DNA of 63,441 nucleotides from the NCBI GenBank assembly GCA_016288635.1, contig JAEEKZ010000027.1, forward strand, positions 1 to 63,441, in the 5' to 3' direction. The DNA is from Bacillales bacterium. Its GTDB lineage: Bacteria; Bacillota_I; Bacilli_A; RF39; UBA660. Below are positions 43,826 through 53,830 of this stretch, one piece after another. The notes under the pieces are model-generated. The model was given only the letters and a program-made list of their open reading frames with translations, had not been told where the DNA came from and ran no database searches. Positions within the stretch are counted from its first letter, which is position 1; the number at the start of each line of letters is the position of its first letter. The position numbers and the translations under genes are program-made.

Positions 43826-45004
43826 TTATAAATATTCCTTAAGTGTATTTACAATTATTAAACTGGCTTTTGCCGCTTTATCATTATGTAAGTAATAATC
43901 ATAAATTGCTTCTGCGATAATTGTTTCTCTACTTATATGATCATCTATCTTTTCCCCAGCTTTTTTAGAAATACTATCTAAGAATTTTTCAAATGTTACT
44001 TCTTCTTCAGTTTGAGATTGATATTCTAAGAATGATTTCTTAACTATTTCTTGATATAATTCATCATTTTGATAATCTTTAATAGTTTGCTCAATTCTTT
44101 CGGTATTCTTAGAAGTTTCTAAAATGAATTCGGCTGCTTGATGCTTTTTAATTACGGCAGTAAAAGCAACATATTTACCTAAATAATGAGCTAGACTATC
44201 TAGGTTTGTTCCCCCACCAACGTATTTAGTTGGTGTATCTTTTTTAAGTAATGAATCATTTAAGAAATATTTACTATTTAATAATATTTCTGTTTTATAT
44301 ACTTTATTAAAATTATTAATACTTAGTGTATCATTTACAAATGGGTAGTATGCTACAAAGGTTGCAACCCCATCATAATCTCTACTTAGATTATCTACAC
44401 TTATATTAGTTAAATAACCTTTAATTGATGGAAATAAAGTATACATTCTATCTAATACTGTTTCCATTTTCTTAACTGTTTCATCTGATATATCACACAA
44501 ATGCACAGCAGCAATATCATATTTCTTCTCTATTTCTTCTTCTAGACTATCTTTATCTGGTGTATACTTACATTTTAATTCTTGAGTATAATAATCCTCC
44601 GCGATAAGTTCTTTTGCCTCTTCAACACTCTCAACTTTTTTACCATAATAAGTACGATCATTTTCAGTTAAGACAGATTTGTATCCATTTATTTTTTCTA
44701 AAGCAATTTTCTCAAATTTAAAGATTGGGTAATAGAATTCAAGATGTTTTGCAAAACATATAGCTACAAAAGCAATAACCATTAAAGCACATAAAACAGA
44801 TTGAGCAAACAATCTTTTTTTCTTTTTAATAATTCTACCATTATCAATTATTTGTTTGTTGTTATCCCAAGTAACGTATGAATTGCCATATGTAGTTATA
44901 CAACCACATTTGCAACAGAATACATCGTGTGGTGCAACTTCGTTACCACATCTAATACATTTATAAGCATTAACTTGTTCATTATTAGGAATATTATTAT
45001 TCAT
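43826..45004 (-). CDS. Zinc-ribbon / single-TM hypothetical protein
   Basis: 392 aa. The N-terminal zinc ribbon is CIRCGNEVAPHDVFCCKCG, followed by a TM helix. It has a TAATG overlap with the upstream gene at 45004. Confidence 0.65.
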   Translation of the reverse strand: MNNNIPNNEQVNAYKCIRCGNEVAPHDVFCCKCGCITTYGNSYVTWDNNKQIIDNGRIIKKKKRLFAQSVLCALMVIAFVAICFAKHLEFYYPIFKFEKIALEKINGYKSVLTENDRTYYGKKVESVEEAKELIAEDYYTQELKCKYTPDKDSLEEEIEKKYDIAAVHLCDISDETVKKMETVLDRMYTLFPSIKGYLTNISVDNLSRDYDGVATFVAYYPFVNDTLSINNFNKVYKTEILLNSKYFLNDSLLKKDTPTKYVGGGTNLDSLAHYLGKYVAFTAVIKKHQAAEFILETSKNTERIEQTIKDYQNDELYQEIVKKSFLEYQSQTEEEVTFEKFLDSISKKAGEKIDDHISRETIIAEAIYDYYLHNDKAAKASLIIVNTLKEYL

Positions 45005-45849
45005 TATTTATAACTCCTTACTATTCTCTCAAACATTTTCTTTACTTCTGGAGAATAGTCTTCATTATTCTTAGTATAGAATTTAATATTTAGAGTTTTT
45101 TGACTTTCTAATTCTCCATAGAAGTTTAATGTTCTTTCACCAGTTGGATCTAGTACGTCTAAAATTAAATAATCTTTCTCATTTATTTTTGCTGATTCTT
45201 CATTTTTAACTTCGAAGCCAACTAGCTTCATTTGCTTAAGCGCGCTTTTTGAATCTGACTTAATAATATTGTATGGAATTTCATCTTGAATAAAGATTTC
45301 TAACTTATCATTTTTAGAATTAGTAAATGTTTCAATTGCTTCATCACTTGATAAAGTAAATCCTTTAGGGATAAAGTACTTTATAGATGTTTTGCTATCA
45401 TATTCTATTAGATTAACATTTTTAGTTGCTCTAGTTACTATTGTAGATATCTTTTCAAAAAAATTCGAAACGCCTTTTTTTACTTCTTCAAAGTTTTGAG
45501 GTTTACTAATCCAAAGGCCCGCGATAGCAATTACAACTATCACAGGTATAACTAATAATATCTTCTTATTAAATTTAACTTTTTTATTTTCTGGATTATT
45601 AAACTTTTTATTTTTTTTGTCTCTATTAAAACCTTTTATTTTATCAGAGTTAACTTTACCCATATCTTCAAAGCGAATATTATTACTTACTCTTTGAGGC
45701 ATTCCCTCTTCTTTTGCAAATGAATCTAAATCCTCGACATCAGTATTATTTAGTGATTCTTCTTCATCAAAAACTAGTTCATCTATTTCATCACTAGAAT
45801 TATTTGATGTAGTTGATAAATCTTCAAGATCTTCAATTTTGTTGTTCAT
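45004..45849 (-). CDS. Membrane-anchored hypothetical protein (acidic N-terminus, single TM)
   Basis: 281 aa with an AAGGTGAT SD. No motif recognised. Confidence 0.6.
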   Translation of the reverse strand: MNNKIEDLEDLSTTSNNSSDEIDELVFDEEESLNNTDVEDLDSFAKEEGMPQRVSNNIRFEDMGKVNSDKIKGFNRDKKNKKFNNPENKKVKFNKKILLVIPVIVVIAIAGLWISKPQNFEEVKKGVSNFFEKISTIVTRATKNVNLIEYDSKTSIKYFIPKGFTLSSDEAIETFTNSKNDKLEIFIQDEIPYNIIKSDSKSALKQMKLVGFEVKNEESAKINEKDYLILDVLDPTGERTLNFYGELESQKTLNIKFYTKNNEDYSPEVKKMFERIVRSYK

Positions 45850-45957
45850 TTTATCACCTTATTATTAATTAAAGTTTATCATATTATCTAGGAGTATTCA
45901 ATTGGAATTGAATTGGGTTTTTGCATATGCTATAATTTTTATGGAGTGTGATAACGT

Positions 45958-47211
45958 ATGGAAAAAGAAGACAATAAACTCTTTGTAGTTGCCTTTATAG
46001 GGGTAATTATTGGAGTTATTATTGGTATTTTATTAGGGGTTAATGTATGGCAAAGGCAAAATAAAACAGGTAATATTGATCCAATACCTAAGTGTGAGCC
46101 ATGTAAATGTAGTACTGCTGCAAGTACTGAAGATTTAAATTGGTATTTCTTACAAAAAGAGAATTTTAAAACTAATATGATATATAGCCCACTTTCAATT
46201 AAATATGCTTTAAGTATGTTAAGCGAAGGAGCCAGTGGAGAAACAAAAGCACAAATAGATAAAGCTTTAAATAATGCTACTTTGACTAAGTATGCTGATA
46301 TAGAAAATCACTTATCTTTAGCTAATGGTTTATTTATTAGAAATGATTATAATTTTGTAAAAGACGAATATATTAATAACTTACAAAATAACTATGGCGC
46401 TGAAATCAAATATGATGAATTTAGAAATGCTGCAAATCTTAATTCATGGATTAGTAGTAAAACATTTGGATTATTAAAAAATGTAGTTAAAGATACTGAT
46501 ATTACTCCTGATACAGTTATGGCTATTGTTAATGCTCTAGCTATTGATATGGAATGGGAATATAGATTTGAAAAAGAATTGCCTAATCAAATGTTTACTT
46601 TAGAAAATGGAGATAGAATACCAACCACTTTCTTATATGGTAATTTCTATTCAGGAACAGATTATAAATACTTTAAAGAAGTTGGATTAACTGGAATTGA
46701 TATTGGATTAGAACAATATGGTGATACTAAGTTAGATTTATTAGTGTTAATGCCTGATGAAAAGTTAGATAGTTTTATAAGTGGTTTTGATAGTGCTAAA
46801 TTTGAAGAAGTTAATAGTAAATTATTAACAATTTCTGAAAATGGTTATGATGAATTAAATGTATATATTCCTAAGTTTGAATATGATTATAGTATTAAAT
46901 TCCAAGAAGAATTAATAGAATTAGGTATTAAAGATGCATTTGATAGCGAAAAGGCTGACTTCTCTGAAATGACAGATGCTGTTGAAGGAGTACATGTTTC
47001 AAAAGCAATTCATAAAGCAAAGATTGAAGTATCACTTGAAGGATTAAAAGCTGCTGCTGCAACAGCATTTATGATGGATAAGAATGCTTCAATGCCACTT
47101 GAACAAAATGTTGATACAGTAAGAATTGACAAACCATTTATGTACATTATTAAAGATTCAAGTAACAATGAAGTATGGTTTGTTGGAACAGTATATAATT
47201 TTAGTAAATAA
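45958..47211 (+). CDS. Serpin-family protease inhibitor with an N-terminal membrane anchor
   Basis: The N-terminal block is IYSPLSIKYALSMLSEGASGETKAQI. The hinge/RCL is EGLKAAAATAFMMDKNASMP. The C-terminal block is DKPFMYIIKD. The N-terminal TM helix is LFVVAFIGVIIGVIIGILLGV. Confidence 0.85.
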   Translation: MEKEDNKLFVVAFIGVIIGVIIGILLGVNVWQRQNKTGNIDPIPKCEPCKCSTAASTEDLNWYFLQKENFKTNMIYSPLSIKYALSMLSEGASGETKAQIDKALNNATLTKYADIENHLSLANGLFIRNDYNFVKDEYINNLQNNYGAEIKYDEFRNAANLNSWISSKTFGLLKNVVKDTDITPDTVMAIVNALAIDMEWEYRFEKELPNQMFTLENGDRIPTTFLYGNFYSGTDYKYFKEVGLTGIDIGLEQYGDTKLDLLVLMPDEKLDSFISGFDSAKFEEVNSKLLTISENGYDELNVYIPKFEYDYSIKFQEELIELGIKDAFDSEKADFSEMTDAVEGVHVSKAIHKAKIEVSLEGLKAAAATAFMMDKNASMPLEQNVDTVRIDKPFMYIIKDSSNNEVWFVGTVYNFSK

Positions 47212-47212
47212 T

Positions 47213-47238
47213 AAAAAGCACTATAAAGTGCTTTTTTT
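47213..47238. terminator. Bidirectional terminator after the serpin gene
   Basis: AAAAAGCACT-ATAA-AGTGCTTTTTTT. Confidence 0.75.
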
Positions 47239-47243
47239 ATTGT

Positions 47244-48182
47244 CTATCTATATGCTTCTTTTGTTTCGGTACCTATATAGTATGCATTTAAGATTTCCGA
47301 AACAGCATACATTTTTTGTACATCTGATCCAGCATAATTTCTTTTAGTATTACCGCATACTAATGTAACATCTGTATCTAATTTACCTTTAATTTTATCA
47401 AATGTTTTCAAATATTCCATGAATACTTCAGGAGTAAATTCTTCCTTTGTTGCACCAACTAGGAATGGATCTTTTTTTCCTGTAGCTGTTCTTATTATTT
47501 CTTTTTGATCTTGTGGTAGCGTAGAATACGGTGTTGGGTCACCATACCCTTCAACATCATAGAAAACTCCTAGAGGATACATTTCGCTTTGTGGAAATAA
47601 TGTAATAATTATTTCATTCTTTCTTTTTGCTTTGCTATCTTCCTCAGCAGTCTTTTTTTGTTCTTTAGATGTTAATGGTAAAAATATAGTTTTTATATGA
47701 TATTTTCTTTTTAATGTTGCTAATTCATAACCTAATAATTCACAATATCCAAAATCAGCTGTTTCATATGAAAGTGGACGCCAATCTATTTTTTCAATAT
47801 CTTTCTTTCTAAGGTATAGAGTTCCTTTTTCAGAAAAATAAATTGGTAATAATGAAGGCGTATTTGGAGTTTCTGCTCGTTCTATAATCCCTTGTCTTGA
47901 TAGTTTATCCATTATTCTATCTTTTTCTTCTTGAGGAAGTGTTTGAGGCAAATATTGAGGATATTCGCTAAACAAACGAGGCTGATTATAATATTCCTTT
48001 GTTTTAGGATCATATTCCATTGGGGTCCATGATTCTTTTTCTTCACCAGATTTATCTATATATGTGTACAACAAAAGAAACTTATCTGTTGAACTAGATA
48101 GTTTTATATCGTAAACATCTATTAGTTGTTGAAACATAGTTTCTGGATTTTTTTTGTCTGGATAGGTAATTATTATTTTCAT
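47244..48182 (-). CDS. Hypothetical protein
   Basis: ATG at 48182 (MKIIITYPDKK..) has an AGGAGAAG SD. The upstream extension in the ORF track lacks an SD. Confidence 0.55.
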   Translation of the reverse strand: MKIIITYPDKKNPETMFQQLIDVYDIKLSSSTDKFLLLYTYIDKSGEEKESWTPMEYDPKTKEYYNQPRLFSEYPQYLPQTLPQEEKDRIMDKLSRQGIIERAETPNTPSLLPIYFSEKGTLYLRKKDIEKIDWRPLSYETADFGYCELLGYELATLKRKYHIKTIFLPLTSKEQKKTAEEDSKAKRKNEIIITLFPQSEMYPLGVFYDVEGYGDPTPYSTLPQDQKEIIRTATGKKDPFLVGATKEEFTPEVFMEYLKTFDKIKGKLDTDVTLVCGNTKRNYAGSDVQKMYAVSEILNAYYIGTETKEAYR

Positions 48183-48273
48183 TGTCTTCTCCTGTATTTT
48201 AATTATAGACTTGTTCATTTTAAAATACAAGTTAGAGGACACTCTCTTTACGCATTAAAAAAGAAGATATTAA

Positions 48274-49086
48274 TTATCTTCCTCTTCCTTCGCCTTCTTG
48301 ATATAGAATAATTTGTTTATCATCAGGAACTAAACGACCATCATAGATTACTTCTGCGAATAAATCGTTGTTTTTAATACATAATTCAATCTCTTGGAAG
48401 AATCTTTCTAAACCACCGTAATAGCCACTTATTAATCTACCTGGACAATATTTAACATCCCTACCAGTTATTACTCTTGCATCAGCATGGCATATTACTC
48501 TTTCAATTGGTATATCATATTTAACCATTAGAGTTGCTATTAATTTAGCTTGATTATGTAAAGCGTCTGGATAGCTTGTTCCTTCGCATATAATTCTTTC
48601 TACACCAATACTATGATAATTGAATTCACTTCCTGTATGAAGTGCAACTTCATTGTCAGGGATAAATTGAACAACTCTATCATCTGTTACTAGATAATGA
48701 TATCCAACTTTCCTAGCTGCTCCTGTTCCATTTATTCCGTCATTTACTATTTTTTGGTGATAGTACTCCAAATCATATGATGATGGGCTTTTTGGTATTT
48801 GCATAACCATACCGTCATCAAAATCTAATTTTTCTAGATTTAGCTTAGTAAATCTTCCTCTTACTGCATTTATTTGCTTCCAAAAATTTATAAATTCTTC
48901 ATAAGTCATCATAAAGCCTTGGTTATCCGGACATAATGATACTTCATGTATAACAATAAATTTTGGCTTTTGTATTCTATCTGGATTTCTGTTTTCCTGT
49001 CTAACACCATATTGCATTGTAGGTATTAATTCTTGTTCAAAAACAGTACTTTCACTTTTTTCTGTAATATCATAAAAACTTTCCAT
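48274..49086 (-). CDS. N-acetylmuramoyl-L-alanine amidase (Amidase_2/PGRP fold), no signal peptide
   Basis: Motifs are FIVIHEVS, YHYLV, ALHTGSEFNYHSIGVE and VICHADAR..KYCPG, which include the Zn ligands. Confidence 0.7.
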   Translation of the reverse strand: MESFYDITEKSESTVFEQELIPTMQYGVRQENRNPDRIQKPKFIVIHEVSLCPDNQGFMMTYEEFINFWKQINAVRGRFTKLNLEKLDFDDGMVMQIPKSPSSYDLEYYHQKIVNDGINGTGAARKVGYHYLVTDDRVVQFIPDNEVALHTGSEFNYHSIGVERIICEGTSYPDALHNQAKLIATLMVKYDIPIERVICHADARVITGRDVKYCPGRLISGYYGGLERFFQEIELCIKNNDLFAEVIYDGRLVPDDKQIILYQEGEGRGR

Positions 49087-49172
49087 ATTATTTTCCTTTC
49101 GGCATAATAATTATAATAAAATTATATTTATCTTGTCAAATTTAAGCAAAGAAAAAAGTTGAGAATGCTCAA

Positions 49173-50057
49173 CTAGATTACTTCAACTTTTTCAAATATA
49201 AAATTGTCTCCATTTTTTTTGAAAACAAAACGATACTTATTTAATTCATCGGCATGATTCTTTATAATGTCTTCTTTTGCTATAATTCCATCATCAAAAT
49301 CAAATGTTTCTTGTTCGGAAAGAATGTTACACTTTGAATTACCATCTTCATCATATTCACAATTATTTATTTCTTCTGGAGTTTTATATACTCCGCCAAC
49401 ACACTCATTTGCAAATCCTGCAATTAAGTAAATATAGGCATATTCTTTGTCTTCAGAGTATTTAGTTATACTGCTATATAAATGTTGATCACAGTTTCCT
49501 CTCCAAACGGGTGCCGCAAAAAAGGCATCAACATTTGGTTCATAACTGTATTCAGCTGCTTTTAATACACTCAAGTCTTCTCCAAATATATTTTTATATT
49601 CTTCTTTGACTGTGCTGTGGTTTATGTAATAATAATTTCCATCACTATTTACATCGTATCTATCATAATTACCTTCTTCACCAATTAATATATAATCTTC
49701 CGTTAATTGATCGGCGATTTTGTCAGAAGATATTTCAATAAAATCACCATTATCTTCTAGATAAGATAGGACCATGTATAGTTTTGTTTCATCTTCAATA
49801 TCTTCTTTATTGACATTCCCATAAACGCTATAATCATAGTTTAATAATCTTAATTTATTATTTAATTTTGTTCTTATTTTATTGTCAGTTATTTCACTTT
49901 CTCCCATTATTTCTGGTTCTTTATTTATCTCATTATTATTTGTTTCAAATAGTTTTTCTTTTGCGGCTATATAACCAATTAGAGTTCCTGCAACAAATAA
50001 TAAAACCATTATTATGATTCTTAATGTTTTATTTATTTCATTACTTTTATCATTCAT
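49173..50057 (-). CDS. Membrane-anchored hypothetical protein
   Basis: ATG at 50057 follows an AGGAGTGAG SD. The GTG start in the ORF track lies within that SD. It has one N-terminal TM helix. Confidence 0.6.
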   Translation of the reverse strand: MNDKSNEINKTLRIIIMVLLFVAGTLIGYIAAKEKLFETNNNEINKEPEIMGESEITDNKIRTKLNNKLRLLNYDYSVYGNVNKEDIEDETKLYMVLSYLEDNGDFIEISSDKIADQLTEDYILIGEEGNYDRYDVNSDGNYYYINHSTVKEEYKNIFGEDLSVLKAAEYSYEPNVDAFFAAPVWRGNCDQHLYSSITKYSEDKEYAYIYLIAGFANECVGGVYKTPEEINNCEYDEDGNSKCNILSEQETFDFDDGIIAKEDIIKNHADELNKYRFVFKKNGDNFIFEKVEVI

Positions 50058-50071
50058 AGTATCACTCACTC

Positions 50072-51073
50072 CTATTTATTCTTTTTTATAAAGTTGTAAC
50101 TGTCTTTGCACATTTCATCTATTTCTTTTTCAGCAATCCAGTTTAATTCTTCTTTAGCTTTTGTTGGATCTGCATAACAAGAAGCAATATCTCCCGGTCT
50201 TCTATCAACAATCTTATAGTTAACTTTAATACCATTTACTTCTTCAAATGTCTTAATTATCTCTAGAACGCTATAACCATGTCCTGTACCTAAATTATAA
50301 ACATTTACACCATTTGATTTATTAGTCTTTTCAATAGCCTTTATATGACCTTTAGCAAGGTCTACAACGTGAATGTAATCTCTTACACCTGTTCCGTCTT
50401 TTGTCTCATAATCGTCGCCAAAAACGCTTAAAATTGGTAATTCATTTGTTGCTACTTTAATAATATATGGCATTAGGTTGTTTGGTATACCATTTGGGTT
50501 TTCTCCAAGTAATCCTGACTTATGAGCTCCAATCGGATTAAAGTAACGAAGTATGGTTATACTCCATGAATTATCAGATATATATAAATCGTTTAAGATT
50601 CTTTCAATCATTAATTTAGTTGTTCCATATGGATTAGTTGTTCCACCTACTTTACTAGTTTCTTTAAGTGGTAATTCTTCTGGATCACCATATACTGTAG
50701 CACTTGATGAAAACACTATTTTTTTACAATTATATTCACTCATTACATCAAGTAATACTAGTGTTGAATTTAAGTTGTTGCTGTAGTAAAGAATTGGTTT
50801 TTGTACTGATTCACCCACTGCTTTTAGGCCTGCAAAATGGATTACTCCTTCAATGTTTTCTTTCTCAAAAATGGATTTTAATAATTCTCTATCTTGGACA
50901 TCGCCTTTATAAAAAGGAACTCTTTTGCCCGTTATTTCTTCAATCTTATCGATTACTTCTTCTTTAGAATTGCTTAGATTATCAATTACTACAACTTCAT
51001 AACCTGCATCAAGTAATTCTACAACTGTGTGGCTGCCTATATAACCCGTCCCACCTGTAACTAATACTTTCAT
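50072..51073 (-). CDS. galE: UDP-glucose 4-epimerase
   Basis: The NAD motif is GGTGYIGSH. The SDR catalytic residues are S..YGTTK. It aligns full length (333 aa) with GalE. Confidence 0.9.
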   Translation of the reverse strand: MKVLVTGGTGYIGSHTVVELLDAGYEVVVIDNLSNSKEEVIDKIEEITGKRVPFYKGDVQDRELLKSIFEKENIEGVIHFAGLKAVGESVQKPILYYSNNLNSTLVLLDVMSEYNCKKIVFSSSATVYGDPEELPLKETSKVGGTTNPYGTTKLMIERILNDLYISDNSWSITILRYFNPIGAHKSGLLGENPNGIPNNLMPYIIKVATNELPILSVFGDDYETKDGTGVRDYIHVVDLAKGHIKAIEKTNKSNGVNVYNLGTGHGYSVLEIIKTFEEVNGIKVNYKIVDRRPGDIASCYADPTKAKEELNWIAEKEIDEMCKDSYNFIKKNK

Positions 51074-51082
51074 TTTTACTCC

Positions 51083-51388
51083 TTATCTAATTGCATCAAT
51101 GAATGATACAAATGCATGGAAATTTTTAGGAAAAGCTCCCTTATAATCATAGGTTTTAATTACACTACCATAGTTAAATACCATAAGAGCAGTATCATTA
51201 TTTTTCTTTTCTTCATCATCATAACTATCTTTCCAACTTTTGATAAAACTTAATAGTTTTAGAATAACACCTCTACTGATGTGCTTGGTTATTCCATTGC
51301 TGGAAGTAATAGTTAATGCTTTTCCATCTATTACAACTTTTTCTTCTTTATTATTAATATTTAGATTTAATTCTATGCTTTCTACCAT
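51083..51388 (-). CDS. Hypothetical small protein
   Basis: ATG at 51388 follows an AGGTGG SD. 101 aa. Confidence 0.5.
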   Translation of the reverse strand: MVESIELNLNINNKEEKVVIDGKALTITSSNGITKHISRGVILKLLSFIKSWKDSYDDEEKKNNDTALMVFNYGSVIKTYDYKGAFPKNFHAFVSFIDAIR

Positions 51389-51461
51389 ATTTACCACCTA
51401 TTATTAGAATATCATAATTTTATTAAAAATAAAACTGATGATTTACTCATCAGTTTAATAA

Positions 51462-53699
51462 TTATCTAAATACTTCTTTATAGATTTCACTGTAATCTTT
51501 TACCCCAATAACATTAATATTCTTAAGCATTTTCTTAGGAATACTTTGAATATCTGTTTCATTGTCTTTAGGAATGTAAATTGTTGTTACTCCAGTATTG
51601 ATTGCACCAATTATTTTTTCTTTTACTCCACCAACTTTTAAGATGTTTCCCTTAAGGCTTATTTCTCCAGTGAAGGCAACACTTGCAGGAATTGGTTTAT
51701 CCAAATATAAACTCATTATAGCTATTGCTATAGCTGCTCCTGCACTAGGACCATCTTTAGGGGTTGTTGCATCAAGAAAGTGAATGTGGATATCTTGATT
51801 ATTTAAATTAATACTATAATTTGTTTTTAAGAAGTCTAAAGCAACACTTACAGATTCTTCAAGGGATTTTCCTGGCATACCTGTAATAGTTATCTTACCA
51901 GATCCTGGTAATTTAACGGTTTCAACTTTAGTAACAATACCACCCATTGGTGTATAAGCTAACGCATTAGATACCCCTGGATATGGGTTTTGTTCAAGTT
52001 TAGCTGTTTCATATTTTTCTTCTCCAAGAATCTCTTTAATATCTATTTCTTTAATATCGTCTAGTATTACTTTTCTAATTACTTTTCTTAATACTCTATC
52101 TAAATCTCTTACACCTGATTCATAAGTGTAATTTGTAATAATGGTTTCAATTTGTTTATCTGTTAAATCAATCTTCTTTATACCATATTCGCGATAGATA
52201 TTTGGTAGTAAATATTTCTTTGCAATGTTTACTTTCTCGTATCCTGTGTAACTATTTAAGTTAATTATTTCTAATCTATCTAATAAAGTAATTGGAATAT
52301 CTGATTCAATATTAGCAGTTAGAATGAAGAATACATTTGATAAATCAAATGGTTCTTCAACATAATTATCCACGAACGCTTTATTTTGAACTGGATCTAA
52401 TATCTCAAGTAATGTTGCAGCAGGATCTCCTTTGTAATCCTTAACCATCTTATCAACTTCATCAATTAGAATTACGGGGTTATTAACGCCACATTTTTTT
52501 ATACTTTGAATTATTTTTCCGGGACTAGCTCCTAGATATGTTCTTCTTGAACCTGTTAGTTCTGTTGAATCATTTAAGCCACCAACACTAATCTTGATAA
52601 ATTCACGATTTAGACTCTTAGCAATTGATGTTGCAATAGAGGTCTTTCCTACTCCAGGAGGACCCACTAAGCAAATGATAGGATTAGCAGCTTTAGCATT
52701 AATTTTCTTAATACCAACATATTCTAATACTCTTTCCTTTATTTCATCTAAGCCATAGTGAGTTTTATCCAGGCTCTTTTTTAATTCCTTTAAATCAGTA
52801 TTTTCTTCGGATGACTCACTCCATGGTAAATTTAGTACTAAATCAAGATAATTTCTTACTACGCTACCTTCAGGAGAAGCATCTGATATACCTTCTAGCT
52901 TAGTGATTTCATTAGCTAATTTTTCTTTAGTTTTTTCTGGAAGATCTAGTTTTTCTAGAGTTGCTCTAAATTTCTCACAGTCTTCTTCTCTAACACTTTT
53001 ATCGCCAAGCTCATTTCTTATTTCTTTTAATTTTTCCCTAAGTAAAAATTCTTTTTGATTGTCCTCAATATTAATGCTTACTCTTTCATTTATTTTTTCT
53101 TCTAGTTTAATTATTTCTAATTCAGAATTAATATCTTTTAATAACGAATTAGCTCTATTCATAGCGTTAATATTTTGCATGTATTCTAACTTTTTAGGAG
53201 TGTCAAATGGCAAGAATGAAGTTATCATATCAGTTAACACTTCAAGACTTGTTGCAGTTTGTGCTCCAACTAAAATTGAGTTAGATATTTCTGGAGAAGA
53301 ATCAATGTAATTTTTTAAAGTTTCTAGTAATTTTCTTCTAATAGCAATTACTTCTAATTCATTAAATTTTGGAAGTCTACATTCGCTAATAATAGCGCTT
53401 AATGCTTCTTCATTTCCCTTATTGAAATATTTATTAACAACGACTCTTTGAAGTCCTTTTAAATTTACTCTTAAGCTCTTATTTGGAAGTTCAATTTTGC
53501 TTTTTATAGCGGCAACAACACCAATCTTGGGCAAATCCGTTGTTTCCCCGATAGGTGCCACTACAAGAACTAGTGAATTATCTGTTTTACAAGCATCTTT
53601 TATTATCTTTTGACTTATTTCACTTTTTAATTCAACTTTAATTTCTTGGTTGGGCAAAATGACTAAATTTTTCAATATAATCACCGAGATTTCTTGCAT
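51462..53699 (-). CDS. lon: ATP-dependent Lon protease (LonA type)
   Basis: It has a LON N-domain, Walker A GPPGVGKTS, Walker B ILIDEVDK and the protease site PKDGPSAG. Confidence 0.9.
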   Translation of the reverse strand: MQEISVIILKNLVILPNQEIKVELKSEISQKIIKDACKTDNSLVLVVAPIGETTDLPKIGVVAAIKSKIELPNKSLRVNLKGLQRVVVNKYFNKGNEEALSAIISECRLPKFNELEVIAIRRKLLETLKNYIDSSPEISNSILVGAQTATSLEVLTDMITSFLPFDTPKKLEYMQNINAMNRANSLLKDINSELEIIKLEEKINERVSINIEDNQKEFLLREKLKEIRNELGDKSVREEDCEKFRATLEKLDLPEKTKEKLANEITKLEGISDASPEGSVVRNYLDLVLNLPWSESSEENTDLKELKKSLDKTHYGLDEIKERVLEYVGIKKINAKAANPIICLVGPPGVGKTSIATSIAKSLNREFIKISVGGLNDSTELTGSRRTYLGASPGKIIQSIKKCGVNNPVILIDEVDKMVKDYKGDPAATLLEILDPVQNKAFVDNYVEEPFDLSNVFFILTANIESDIPITLLDRLEIINLNSYTGYEKVNIAKKYLLPNIYREYGIKKIDLTDKQIETIITNYTYESGVRDLDRVLRKVIRKVILDDIKEIDIKEILGEEKYETAKLEQNPYPGVSNALAYTPMGGIVTKVETVKLPGSGKITITGMPGKSLEESVSVALDFLKTNYSINLNNQDIHIHFLDATTPKDGPSAGAAIAIAIMSLYLDKPIPASVAFTGEISLKGNILKVGGVKEKIIGAINTGVTTIYIPKDNETDIQSIPKKMLKNINVIGVKDYSEIYKEVFR

Positions 53700-53732
53700 A
53701 AAATCTTCCCTCCAAAAACAAATTTACTCTCT

Positions 53733-53761
53733 ATTATAAGGGTCGAATTTTTCCTTGTAAA
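53733..53761 (-). promoter_or_regulatory. Sigma-A-type promoter of lon
   Basis: TTTACA-17 nt-TATAAT, about 30 nt upstream of the GGAGGG SD. Confidence 0.5.
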
Positions 53762-53798
53762 GTAAAAAGATTATTTATACATTAATTTTACTTTTCAT

Positions 53799-53830
53799 GA
53801 GTGTAAACGCTTTACACTCAGCGTTTTTTT
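53799..53830. promoter_or_regulatory. 9-bp-arm palindrome upstream of the lon promoter, overlapping a mutually exclusive second hairpin
   Basis: The palindrome is GAGTGTAAA-CGC-TTTACACTC (53799-53819). It overlaps AAACGCT-N8-AGCGTTT (53805-53826), which is followed by TTTT on the plus strand. Confidence 0.4.

Noticed and set aside
53799-53819. Palindrome upstream of lon considered as a CIRCE (HrcA) or CtsR operator
   Set aside because: CIRCE is TTAGCACTC-N9-GAGTGCTAA and the CtsR box is a GGTCAAA direct repeat. The observed GAGTGTAAA-N3-TTTACACTC has the wrong half-site order, spacing and sequence. I kept it only as an unassigned palindrome.
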